37,135 nt of DNA, taken from NCBI RefSeq assembly GCF_001194135.2, contig NC_068999.1:35808929-35846063 (forward strand), in the 5' to 3' direction. This DNA comes from Octopus bimaculoides (Eukaryota). Under the pieces are notes generated by a model, which was not told the origin of the DNA, ran no database searches, and saw only the letters and a list, made by a program, of their open reading frames with translations. The position numbers and the translations under genes are program-made. This document shows, one piece after another, positions 13,410 to 25,393 of the stretch. Position 1 is the first letter of the stretch, and every line of letters begins with the position of its first letter.

Positions 13410-13590
13410 GTGTGTTTGTCTTCCTGCCACCACTACTCGACAACCGGTGCTGGTTTGTTTATGTCGTTGTAAGTTAGCATAAGTTCCAGACTTTAAAAAA
13501 ATATATAAGTATTGCAGTTGATGTTTTTTACGTATACACGCTTTGAGGTGGTGTCTCGGCACGGTCGCAGTTCAATCACTGAAACTAGGA
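13410..13590 (+). mobile_element. SINE family A, 3' half
   Basis: GACAACCGGTGCTGGTTTGTTTA..GAGGTGGTGTCTCGGCACGGTCGCAGTTCAATCACTGAAAC matches the tails of the full-length copies. Confidence 0.7.
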
Positions 13591-13790
13591 ATGAAACAGT
13601 AGAAAAGTGCTTCTGGTCTTTGGTGTGTGATGCGATAATTCCGGATGTCTTGGTTTCATCGATTATGATCGTGTAATAAAATATATATGCGTGCGGACTT
13701 AGCCGTATGGTTATTTCGTTTTAACTGAATCTACTTGAGTCTTCCAAACCCTGAAACCACTGGCGCTATCCCATGCATCTTTTGCTTATG

Positions 13791-13973
13791 CGCAGGCGTG
13801 GCTGTGTAGTAAGAAGCTTGCTTCCCAATGACATGGTCCCGGGTTCAATCCCACTGCGTGACACTTTTGGCATTTATCTACAACTATAGCCTTCAGCCGA
13901 CCAAACACTTGTGAGTGGATTTGGCAGACGAAAATTGAAAGAAGCCCGTCGCATATATATTTATATGTATGTG

Positions 13974-14037
<64 letters not shown>

Positions 14038-14317
14038 CCTCTCTCTTTCTCTATCTCTCTCTCTTTCTCTCTCTCTCTCTATCTTTCCCTCTTTCTCTCT
14101 CTCTCTCTCTCTGTTTATGTGTTTGTACCCCCAAACCGCTTGACAACCGATATTGGTGCATTTACGTCACCGGAATCTAGCGGTTCGGCAAAGGGACTGA
14201 TAGAATAAGTACGAAGCTTAGTAAATGCAAAAAATTAGCACCGACGTCGATTCATTCGATTAAAAATCTTCAAGGCGGTGCACCAGCATGGTCACAGTCT
14301 AATGACTGCAACAAGAA
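13791..14317 (+). mobile_element. SINE family A, full length, with expanded internal (CT)n
   Basis: A box GTGGCTGTGTAG, B box GGGTTCAATCCC (about 13841), internal (CT)n about 13975-14112, tail GGCGGTGCACCAGCATGGTCACAGTCTAATGACTG. Confidence 0.9.
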
Positions 14318-14369
14318 ATGGATGAACATGTTTTGTAAGCGGCGACATATATGGGTGTGTATCCTTTGT

Positions 14370-14440
14370 CTTTGGACTGCGGCAATGCTGGGGTATTGCC
14401 TTGAAGGGTTTAGTGGAAGATACTGTCCCCAGTTTTTACT
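14370..14440 (-). mobile_element. SINE family A tail fragment
   Basis: Reverse complement ACTAAACCCTTCAAGGCAATACCCAGCATTGCCGCAGTCC matches the family A tail. Confidence 0.6.
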
Positions 14441-14568
14441 AACTGTTCTAACGAACCGCTATGTTAGGGGGATGTAAGCAAAGGATTACTTGTTGTAAAA
14501 GCGGTGGTGAGCAAAAATACAAATACGAATATAAACCCACACTTACATACATGCACACACACGCTCAT

Positions 14569-14614
<46 letters not shown>

Positions 14615-14917
14615 TTATATATAGTATGAAATCGATAAAAAGTGTACAGTGAATCTACTGTGGTGAGTAGGACGTCCTTCCTCAGGGAAAAGTTGAAAGG
14701 AGTGAATAAACTGAGAGAGAGCAAAGGGTTATATCCTCTTAATTATAGAAAAAACTGGCTGCAGTTCTTTGGAGTCTGTTTTATCATTATATATGTGTGT
14801 ATGTATATATGTATGTATGTCTCCCCCTCTCTCTTTCACCATTTTCTGTCTCTCTCTCTCTTCTTTTCCCCTTTTTCTCTTTCTGTCACCTCTTTCCTTT
14901 TCTCTCTCTTCGTTATT

Positions 14918-15017
<100 letters not shown>

Positions 15018-15654
15018 CAAAAGTGACGATCGTCTATCCTTCTTTTCCTCAGGCAACCATCTTTCTTTTCCTGCTCGGACGTCTATACGTCTGGACGCTC
15101 ACCCCCCTCTCTCTCTCTCTCTTCTGTCTTTTCTCTTTTCAAAAATGTCTCCCCCAGGGTTCACTATTCTCCATTCGTTCCAGTCTAACGACCCTCCATG
15201 TCTCTTTTCGTTCGGTTTCTTTGTATGTTTCCACTGCTATTGTTTTTGTTCCCAACTTTGACCCTCCATAAATCCTAAATTTTATTTTAGAATTTATAGG
15301 GGCTGCTGTCATTGAAAACTCATATTGTCGTTTAAAAGCCCGAAATGAGGAGTTGATAGACCCTAAGCAATAAGCCATGCGCCCTCAAAGTGGAAATGCT
15401 GTGAAGACAGTAATCATGTTGGGGCAAGGGAGAAACAGAATGATTCTACAAATTTGACAGCGATCTTGTGGACAAGGAACAAAATACAAATACATTATCT
15501 CTAAGTCTGGGAGGTATAAGATGTACAAGGCACACTCACAGTTGAATCGTTTGCGTTTCAAATGAAGCTTTTGCAACAGTAGCGATGCTGAGTGAAAAGT
15601 CATTGAATTTCTATATGTATGAGCGTTCGTCTTTATGTCTCGACTCGTTCCATC

Positions 15655-15810
15655 TCCACCCCACTTGACCACCGGTATTATGTCCTTGTCTGAATAATTT
15701 TGCGGTTCAGAATAAGTACCAAAATTTTAAAAATATACATGTACTGTGATCGATTTGTTACACTAAAGCCTTTAAGGCAATGCTGTTGTATGACTGCAGT
15801 TCAAAACATG
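15655..15810 (+). mobile_element. SINE family A tail, highly diverged
   Basis: CACTTGACCACCGG..AGAATAAGTACC..GATCGATTTGTT..ACTAAAGCCTTTAAGGC..ATGACTGCAGT follows the motif order of the family A tail. Confidence 0.55.
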
Positions 15811-16165
15811 ATAAAGCAAAGAATGTAAAAGAAAAAAGGTGTTGGTTCATTTTCTGCGAGCATTGTCGCCTGTGTTACTTTTCCCCTGAATTATTATTGG
15901 AGCACATTTATGAATGAACCACGCATGGACCTTGGGATAGTGAGTTTTGTGTATTGTTACATACATTGAATATCTGAAGTCTGATCAGTAAAATGTAATA
16001 TTCATATGTTATGTAAGAAAAGAAAATGAATAGGGAATAACATAGAAGAAAGTTTTCTTAATGCTTCCGTTGAAAACTGCATCAAATGCATAGAATTGAA
16101 ACGTGATGCATGGAAAAGAACCCTCCGCAAAAACTAATAACCACTACAAATATTTAACATATAAA

Positions 16166-16573
16166 CGCAGGGATGGCTGTGTGGTGAAGTAGTTTGCTTA
16201 GTAGCCCAGTGTTTTTGAGTTCAGTTTCCCTGTGCAGTACCTTGGGCGAGTGATTTTGTCTATAGCTGAGGGCCGACCAATACTTTCCTTGTGAATGAAT
16301 TTGGTTGATGGAAACTATGTGAAGGTCTGACATTTATTTTCTTGTGTGAATGTATGCATGTGCATGTGTGTGCATCGTCACACTGGTATCCCACTGCTTG
16401 ACCACCAGTGTTGTGGTTTTTTGTGTCCACATAACCCAGCGGTTCGGCAAAAAGCAATCAGTAGAATATGTACCAGACATAAAAAATAAGTACTGAAGCC
16501 AATTTATTTGAGTAGACCCTTCAAAGTGATGCCTCGGCATGGCTGCAATCTAGTGACTGTAGCAAGTAAAAAA
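16166..16573 (+). mobile_element. SINE family A, full length, diverged
   Basis: GGATGGCTGTGTGG head, GAGTTCAG B box, ACCTTGGGCGAGTG, central TG/CA tract, AGCGGTTCGGCAAAA, tail GGCATGGCTGCAATCTAGTGACTG. Confidence 0.85.
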
Positions 16574-16954
16574 TATATTGTGTCTATCTTTGTAAGGCGA
16601 GTCTCTTTAGATATATTAGCTACAAGTACCTAAGCAAGCAAATAAGAGATTACTACCTTCTGAAAGATCATATTTACCAATCATGTAACAGTACTGGAGT
16701 TTGTATTAAATGTCCGAAGTGACATAAGTAAGAAATTAAAGGTCCGAAGTAACATAAGTAACATCAGTTGTCATGATTCAGCATTACATCTAACTGAGAA
16801 GAGACATATATGTCGCAGTAGCGGTAAAAACTGCAAATCATCTACCAGGGTGAAAAGTCGTCTTTCATACTAATCCATATAAGCAGTAGTATGGAAGTAA
16901 ATGAAGTTGAAAATATGCAGATTATATGTGATTGGAAACAGGTTCTGTTCAGTA

Positions 16955-17647
16955 TATTTGATTGACAACAGGTTCTGAAGTCTGACGAAGCCTCTGATTT
17001 CTCTAATTAGGATTACGAAAATAGATCCCTTTTTCGACCCAAGTTACAATTCGACGCCAAAGACGGACATCTTGGATATTTGGCTGCAGTTGTTTGCAAA
17101 CGTTCCACGTCGTTCCACCTGGTCATTGATCATTTCATGAGGAACTTCTTGACACGTCTGTTCACAACGCTGAGCTTATAGAGGTGGAGAATGATGGTAT
17201 TTTGCCGATAATGTATGAGATCTTGTGCCTGGTTGTTCTCCACCATTTCAAACAAGGCCTCAATTTCCACAACAGGTCTCAGTGACCTTGGTTTGTTTCA
17301 AGATTCATGTCACCTTCCTCGAAACATCTGAATTCATTTTGTGCTGCACGTTCCTAGGCAGTTTCTAGAGCGTCCACATCATTAATTTCTTTATTGCTGC
17401 CTTTGCACTCGGTCCTTTTTTCCATTTAGCGTAAAAGGTTATAGTTACAATTTTTCACGACTCTTCATCAAAGATTTACAATAAAGAATAAACAGTTAAT
17501 GTTTATGTGTTATATCTCAAAATAAAGAATAAACAATTCGGCAACGACTGAATAACAAATTATATCAAATTAATTATATAACATGGAAATATAAGTTGTC
17601 TAAAATCGTCAGTGAAAGTCCGGAAACTCTTTTCACTCAACATGGTA
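16955..17647 (-). pseudogene. mariner-type transposase relic (N-terminal half) with one possible TIR
   Basis: With frameshifts: ERAAQNEFRCFEEGDMNLE (HTH region), EVPHEM (WVPHEL equivalent), CKQLQ..RLWRRIVTWVEKGIYFRNPN (IVTGDEKW equivalent), EPVV. TIR-like AAAGTCCGGAAACTCTTTTCACTCAACATGGTA at about 17615-17647. Confidence 0.8.
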
Positions 17648-17673
17648 TATATATATATGTGTATAAATACACA

Positions 17674-17724
<51 letters not shown>

Positions 17725-18339
17725 CCACGCCTAGGTATTTTCATGCATGTACATATAGGCTCTCAAGTAAGCGTACATTGATGCATACATACTTAAAACA
17801 CACATTCGGATATACACACACACAGCGGACATGGAGATTTTACATAAACACGTATACTTATATATGTGTTTACTGTATAAATAAACATTAAGTTCTCACA
17901 CATGTATGATTTTTTTTTTAAATGCGTTTCTCTAATGCGTTTGTAATATTAACATGTCAATATTTATCATTAAGACATTTTATTTTGAATTTTTAACTGT
18001 ATCGTTGGTTTGTTTATTGAAACACAAATTTAAAGACGTGGGATATGTCGAATGTCAAATACTGCATGCAGATATCCAATTTTACCTCACGCATTTCTGG
18101 GACATTTTTTGTTTTCTTTTTACTATTAAGTTTTTTCGTTTATTTTTCATAATTTTTATATTCTTCGTTTCTAAAGCTTCATAATGGTTATTTCTATCTG
18201 CTGATGCGTGACACCATTTTTTCCCCGCTAAGAAATGGATGACATTTGCACCGTATGATTGTTGTTTTGTTTTAGAGTCCTATATATGTAAATTTACATG
18301 TATGTATACATAAATACATACACAAGCGCACACACACAT

Positions 18340-18370
<31 letters not shown>

Positions 18371-18434
18371 GATATATATGTATATATATGCATACAAGCA
18401 TCAAATGTACGATTATATATGTATATATATATAT

Positions 18435-18505
<71 letters not shown>

Positions 18506-19626
18506 NNNNNNNNNNNNNNNNNNNNNNNNNNNNNNNNNNNNNNNNNNNNNNNNNNNNNNNNNNNNNNNNNNNNNNNNNNNNNNNNNNNNNNNNNNNNNNN
18601 NNNNNNNNNNNNNNNNNNNNNNNNNNNNNNNNNNNNNNNNNNNNNNNNNNNNNNNNNNNNNNNNNNNNNNNNNNNNNNNNNNNNNNNNNNNNNNNNNNNN
18701 NNNNNNNNNNNNNNNNNNNNNNNNNNNNNNNNNNNNNNNNNNNNNNNNNNNNNNNNNNNNNNNNNNNNNNNNNNNNNNNNNNNNNNNNNNNNNNNNNNNN
18801 NNNNNNNNNNNNNNNNNNNNNNNNNNNNNNNNNNNNNNNNNNNNNNNNNNNNNNNNNNNNNNNNNNNNNNNNNNNNNNNNNNNNNNNNNNNNNNNNNNNN
18901 NNNNNNNNNNNNNNNNNNNNNNNNNNNNNNNNNNNNNNNNNNNNNNNNNNNNNNNNNNNNNNNNNNNNNNNNNNNNNNNNNNNNNNNNNNNNNNNNNNNN
19001 NNNNNNNNNNNNNNNNNNNNNNNNNNNNNNNNNNNNNNNNNNNNNNNNNNNNNNNNNNNNNNNNNNNNNNNNNNNNNNNNNNNNNNNNNNNNNNNNNNNN
19101 NNNNNNNNNNNNNNNNNNNNNNNNNNNNNNNNNNNNNNNNNNNNNNNNNNNNNNNNNNNNNNNNNNNNNNNNNNNNNNNNNNNNNNNNNNNNNNNNNNNN
19201 NNNNNNNNNNNNNNNNNNNNNNNNNNNNNNNNNNNNNNNNNNNNNNNNNNNNNNNNNNNNNNNNNNNNNNNNNNNNNNNNNNNNNNNNNNNNNNNNNNNN
19301 NNNNNNNNNNNNNNNNNNNNNNNNNNNNNNNNNNNNNNNNNNNNNNNNNNNNNNNNNNNNNNNNNNNNNNNNNNNNNNNNNNNNNNNNNNNNNNNNNNNN
19401 NNNNNNNNNNNNNNNNNNNNNNNNNNNNNNNNNNNNNNNNNNNNNNNNNNNNNNNNNNNNNNNNNNNNNNNNNNNNNNNAAGAGTTCCAACACTGTTTTT
19501 TATGTTTTATTTATATTCTTGCAGAACCAATGTGGGGTATAGAATATGGAATATACAATATATAATATAATATACAATATATAATATAAGATAAAATAAA
19601 ATAAAAATGGATGGCACCCGGGACAT

Positions 19627-19668
<42 letters not shown>

Positions 19669-19856
19669 GGTAGGTATGTATGTATATGCTAGACTGCCCG
19701 TGAGCCGTTGGATCACCGGGAAAGTCTGAGTTACCCAGCAATGAAGTTTTGCTTCGTGGGGTTTTATCTTTCCCAGGATATTTCACATGCTTTCAACGAA
19801 TGTGACATCGATATCACGCGTCGACAGCTCCGTTTCCCAGAAAAGAAAATATTTAG

Positions 19857-19955
19857 CTGCTATTTCTTGCACGCCTTGCTACCACGTAACAGGTATTTCG
19901 GGTCCTTTATCGCAAATAGCTGTTACGTGGTAGCAGTACATACTAGAAATAACAG
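19857..19955. ncRNA. Candidate structured-RNA hairpin (pre-miRNA-like or ADAR substrate)
   Basis: Bulge-free inverted repeat 19857-19898 / 19914-19955: 34 of 42 Watson-Crick, including a perfect 16 bp stem (19877-19892 / 19920-19935). Function not shown. Confidence 0.3.
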
Positions 19956-20458
19956 TGAAATCTTTCGAGCTGAGACACGTTAAATGCACTCGAAAAGATA
20001 TCTATGGCAAAAAACAAATTTCACAGAGATTACGAACAAGTCTTTTACGAAATATTTTCCGTATTGTAAAGTCATTTCCACTTTCAGATATTTTCTAAAT
20101 ACGCCAAAAAGAAATTTTGTAATAATTGAAAATAATTTTTAAAAACTTTAAAATATTGTCTGTTTAGAGAAAGCTAAAATATAAATACTGTTCAGACAAC
20201 TTAAATTTTTGAAATCACATTCNNNNNNNNNNNNNNNNNNNNNNNNNNNNNNNNNNNNNNNNNNNNNNNNNNNNNNNNNNNNNNNNNNNNNNNNNNNNNN
20301 NNNNNNNNNNNNNNNNNNNNNNNNNNNNNNNNNNNNNNNNNNNNNNNNNNNNNNNNNNNNNNNNNNNNNNNNNNNNNNNNNNNNNNNNNNNNNNNNNNNN
20401 NNNNNNNNNNNNNNNNNNNNNNNNNNNNNNNNNNNNNNNNNNNNNNNNNNAATGTATG

Positions 20459-20547
<89 letters not shown>

Positions 20548-21007
20548 CTGAGTACATAATGATATGTAGTGAGGACATTTGAATATGTGGGAATAGATTT
20601 AGAAAGCATGTGGATACAAATACTGAGAACAATTGAGTTAATAGACGTACAAATGGGGAGTAAGTGCATGTATAAATTTGGATTGAGGATACGTGCATTT
20701 AGAGACACAGATACAGAGGACAACTTATGTAATGCAAACGGAGCATTTGACAAAATTATGGGCCTTTTATGTGGTCGCTTCGTTTGACGTGTCCTCAACA
20801 AAATAGCAGTCATCCCACCAAATACAATAGCTCGTGAAAAGATTTTAGCAATTACCTTATCAAATACAATAGCGTTTGCAATGCTTTAAGGAGAATACTG
20901 CGTCTTAAATGTTAAGGGATAGTCACGGCTGTGGTACTTTCGATTATAGGCCAACCCTTAAATCACTGCATTTGTCTCAAATTACGATAACTATACTGCG
21001 AATAATT

Positions 21008-21305
21008 GTGGACTTTCTTGTCTGACGACAGAAAAAAGTTTGGGAGTTTCTTGTTGAACAACCTGCATAGATGATCTGTAAATAGTGATCAAATGTTTGT
21101 ACTTTTCATCAGCTCACTTTCTCAGCCTAATTGACGTTGCCTATGTAGGTATACGGTATTCCACACGTCAGATGTCGAAGTGACCGCAGAGCAATGGGAA
21201 AAGAAATGTTGTGGTCAAGAATATAACATCGCCTGAACTGGGAATCAAAACCACGACCTTGCAATTGTGACAGCAACACTTTAACCACTAGGACACGCAC
21301 TCTCA
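21008..21305 (-). mobile_element. tRNA-derived SINE family C, near full length
   Basis: Reverse complement GTGTCCTAGTGGTTAAAG (A box), GGTTTTGATTCC (B box), TTCTTGACCACAACATTTC, TGCTCTGCGGTCACTTCGAC, continuing to about 21008. Confidence 0.75.
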
Positions 21306-22594
21306 CTACGGACATTAGCGCACTACTGCAAGTGGCAACACGACAGTGCAAAGATACACACGCCATCAAACCAGTATACTCACCCTTGTACCAGTATAGC
21401 TGTTTTAATAAAACTCTAACTTCTGGCACTTTATATTCTCTATCACTACACGACTGCAGTTGTTTTCTCGACGGTCTAACCACTATCAAGTAGTCATACT
21501 AGTGTAGCCATTGCTATACGCCAGCAGTTGTCATAACACTATAAGGACTATCATACAACGATTGCCACCACCACATCACTGCAGTTGATAGCTCAACACT
21601 GAACCTCTTCCACACAATCTGCCCAACATAACCATCACTATAACACTGCAGTTATCTTCCTAATAGCAAGGTAAGATAAATATATCACTGCATTTGTAAT
21701 AATCGTCTGTAATTGTCAGCGTACCACCGCAAATACTAATACACCACTGCTGCTACTACTATTACTACTACACAAATCACGAAAACCTCACCCTGCAACA
21801 ACCATCGTTGTACCATTACATTTATCAACACGTCTTAACCACAAATAAAGCAGTTATATTATCCACCCTAGTGATCACCTTCCGTGCTACAAGATGCACA
21901 TTATGTTGACCGTCTTGCTACAGGCACACCAAGCTCCAATCGGCAGACGAGAATTTAACAAAAATGTTTGGTAAAAAAAAAAAAAGAAGATAGACGATAT
22001 TGTATGCCTTTGGCCATTGTAATTCGTTTTGTTTCTATCCAAATTTGTGAATAATTTTTTCTTTTCTTTCTCAATCACCGAAACAATGCTTGGTGAATTA
22101 TAAATGACATCAGAACTCTCGAAGCCTAGTCGTTTCCTATATGTCAAAACCATAATATTTATCAGTCGCCAACTACGCCAAGGCTGGAAGCAACAGCAAC
22201 AACAATACTACTACCACCACCAGCAACAATAAGAAAACAGAAAACGCGTGTCTTTCCGAAAAATTACGTAACCAACAATTATAGAAAAGAAAATCGATTT
22301 CGGAAAGATTTTTTTTTAAATTCTAATAAATCTTCAACTTATCAAATGAGAGAAAAGAGAAGAAAACAAACGAGAGAAAGAAAGATTGAATAAATGAATG
22401 AATGGATGAATGAAGAAGAGAAACAAGAAATATTGAAAGAGAGTAAACAAAAATTTTTAGAAATGAGGAAAAGTAAAAGAATTTCTAAAGAGATTTGAGC
22501 AAGCAAATAAATAAATGGAAAGTTAATGAGACGGTATGCCAGAACATTGACGAAAAATGACTGCAGAATAACAAAATGCGACTACAAATAATAA

Positions 22595-22816
22595 TAATAA
22601 TTTTCTCTCATTTTGGTACCAAGCCAGAAATTTTGAAGGATAGGGTCAAGTTCATTATATCAGCCCCAGAACTTGACAGATACTTATTTTATCGACCCTG
22701 AAAGGATAAAAGGCGGAATTGACCGCAATGGCATTCATATTCAGAAGGAAAATAGCTTAAAAACATTCTGCTATGCATTTTGCCTGACGCACCGACAATG
22801 TTGCCATCTAGCCGCC

Positions 22817-22820
<4 letters not shown>
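22595..22820 (-). mobile_element. SINE family B
   Basis: TACTTATTTTATCGACCCTGAAAGGATAAAAGGC..GCCGCCTTAA, with (TAA)n at the left (tail) end. Confidence 0.8.
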
Positions 22821-22869
<49 letters not shown>

Positions 22870-22899
22870 CATTCGTACCAGTTCACTGTCTTTAATAAC

Positions 22900-23097
22900 A
22901 ATAATGGTTTCAAATTTTGGTAAAAGGCCAGCAATTTAGAAGGAAGTATAGACGCACTTACGCAGCTGGTGCTTATTTTAGCGACCGCAAAAGGATGAAA
23001 GGCTAGCTCGACCTTATTTGAACTCAGAACGTGCAGACGAACGAAATGTCACAAAGCATTTTCCCCGGGTGCTAACGACTGCCAGCTCGTTGCCTTA
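22900..23097 (-). mobile_element. SINE family B
   Basis: GAAAGGCTAGCTCGACC..TTTGAACTCAGAACGT..GCTAACGACTGCCAGCTCGTTGCCTT, inverse of the family B head. Confidence 0.8.
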
Positions 23098-23137
23098 CAC
23101 TTCAAATTCCTTCTAAATACGTCATAGGTATGTCATG

Positions 23138-23192
<55 letters not shown>

Positions 23193-23216
23193 TGATGATG
23201 ATAATAATAATAATAA

Positions 23217-23707
23217 TGGTACGAACATAAACCCGAAGGCATCATCGAAAATGATGATGCAAAGTTCTTATCGGATTTTATGATTCAGTGCGACCATGAG
23301 ATAGAGAATAGGAAACCAAAGATAGTGTTAATTGAAAAAGAAAGCAAACGATGCTGGATCATAGATATAGCAGGCCCAGCTGACAACAAGTTATGCGATA
23401 AAGAAGAAAGAAAAGTCGATAGATATAACAGGTTAACTTGGGAGGTTAAGTTGTTGTGGTCGCTGACAAAGGTGGTAGTAGTACCAATAACTGTCGGAGC
23501 CCTTGGTACAGTGGGTAAAATTCTTGAGAAGTAGATGGAACAAATAGGGACTGCAATACGGATCACTTGCAGAAAACAGCACTGCTTGAAACTGCTCGAA
23601 AACTCCGGCAGGTGCTTGAAAAATAAGTGGTGTTACCTTAGTTCACTGGTAGTGAACAGCTGGCACCGTAGTTCACCCCGAGGGTTCGAAGCTGTGCAAA
23701 GACAATA

Positions 23708-23770
<63 letters not shown>
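23217..23770 (+). mobile_element. 5'-truncated R4/Dong-clade LINE: RLE domain, 3' UTR and (TAA)n tail
   Basis: One frame from 23217: WYEHKPEGIIENDDAKFLSDFMIQCDHEIENRKPKIVLIEKESKRCWIIDIAGPAD..KEERKVDRY..VVVPITVGALG, then after a shift LQKTALLETARKLRQVLE*. (TAA)n at 23705-23770. Confidence 0.92.
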
Positions 23771-24334
23771 CCTTTCTCATATTCCTTTTCGAAATCTCGC
23801 TCCTTAGGGCAGATAACAACTTTTGCTCAGACCTTAATGGTCTGCTTGAAACAAGATACACCACAGAATAGTTCTGCTCTATGCATCTGCCTTTTTCTCC
23901 TTTCTCTCTGTCCTCTCTCTCTCTCTCTCTCTCTTTCTCCCTCTCTCTCTCCCTCTCTTTCAGTCTCTCACTCTTGCTCTCTCATTCTTTTCACTACTTA
24001 GTTTCTCAGGCCACCTTTGGCTCAAACTGCCACGAATGTAACAAGCAATTGTTTTCCCTGTGTAAACAATGACATTACCTTTTTTTTTTTGCAACCATTA
24101 TTATTAACATAGCTCCGAAATTACCCTTCGGCATTTGGGCATCACTAGTCCATACTAACGTCTCTTGACCACATATAATTTTTGACCACTTTAGCACTCA
24201 CGATCTTACCAAAATATATTACGAAGGTGATAACGAAACAGGGTTTTAGTTTATGTCACTAAATTGGTATACACTTCAAGTATATACACAATAATTAAAG
24301 CAAGATAAGATTACGATAAAACAAAATGGGAAAT

Positions 24335-24572
24335 ACAAATTGGTTAAGTCAACAACACTTCTCGCCGAAATGTTGTTGAGTTATCCAGTTTTCGGTCGGA
24401 TGAGAACATCTAACCGTTTTGAGCAGTTTCTGCTCCTGGTTCTCCCCTGTCAGCACATCATCTGTATGGTACCTGTCATTCAGCAGATCCATCTGGAGGT
24501 CGGTTGTAGTGTGAACACCTGAACAACTTTGTATTCCACGCCATCTTTTCAAAGCACAATTAAATTCTATGT
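24335..24572 (-). pseudogene. Possible Gypsy integrase-core relic
   Basis: With frameshifts: KDGVEYK / RCSHYNRPPDGSAE*QV (resembles NGI.H..S.PYHP.SNG.AER.V) and NSTTF (resembles HSTTG). Weak similarity only. Confidence 0.3.
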
Positions 24573-25130
24573 TTCTCGTATAAAAGCGAGGTGAATTCTT
24601 CCTCGTGTGACGTCGATACGTTTTGTTTGCGTTCATCCACATTCTTTTTCCTGCTTTTGGCATTAGCCGCATTTCGTTACCTCTCTTCAGCCAACATACA
24701 TATCCTATCATCGCAAGACGAAGGATCCTCTGCCTCTTGTTCATCATCAGTTACCAGCACCAAGAACTAGGAATATTTTTGACCGTCCTGTGAACTAAAA
24801 CTAGTAACATTGTAGAGAAAGAGAGAGACAGTTAGACAGGTAGAAAGAAAGCACCACGGAAGAGATCCCGTTAGAGCTGTTAGCCAGATTTCTCCTCAGA
24901 TGTTCTTTTCAAAGCACAATTAAATTCTATGTCACTTTAAAAATGCACAATTAAATCATTTTCTTCCATCCTGGCGCGTGCGAGAAGGCTTCACTTATTT
25001 TGGTAAAAGAATTCTCCCGGACATGTTCTTTCAGCTAGATAGCCTACACCGGACTTTAGTCTCTATCCTTAGCATATATCGAGGGAAGAATCCCATTTTT
25101 GTCACTAACATTTACATTTCAGAATTATTT

Positions 25131-25393
25131 TCAGTTGACAGGATGTGTATGAGCTTTGCTATTGCTGCTGCTTTTGTTTTCAAACGCGGCGTTGAAATTG
25201 TTCACATTAATGAGATTATCTATGGAAATATCATGACTTATAAATGTATGAGTTTTTAATGTATTAATAATTGTTGTCTTTTTCATTTATGCTCACTTTC
25301 AGTATGTTTGTCAAGTTGAGTACTCCGTGTAGGCACATAGAAACATGCGAGTAGACGTCCAGAATTTTCAGGACCCGTATGCATGAAAATAAT
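25131..25393 (-). CDS. Candidate last two coding exons of an unknown gene
   Basis: Exon 25393-25297 with GTGAGC donor, 77-nt intron ending TTTCCATAG, exon 25219-25131. Joined frame IIFMHTGPENSGRLLACFYVPTRSTQLDKHTENNLINVNNFNAAFENKSSSNSKAHTHPVN*. No homology recognised. Confidence 0.2.

Noticed and set aside
13791-13860. tRNA genes at A/B-box sites
   Set aside because: No complete cloverleaf; each continues into a multi-copy SINE body.
15291-15373. Possible terminal exon FIGAAVIENSYCRLKARNEELIDPKQ*
   Set aside because: Acceptor only; no homology or linked upstream exon identified.
15585-17643. 14/15 inverted match (15585-15599 vs 17629-17643) as paired mariner TIRs
   Set aside because: The match is short and no transposase C-terminal half is recognisable between 15600 and 16955.
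22251-22308. Perfect 11-bp inverted repeat TCTTTCCGAAA / TTTCGGAAAGA
   Set aside because: Short, does not extend, no TSD or other context.
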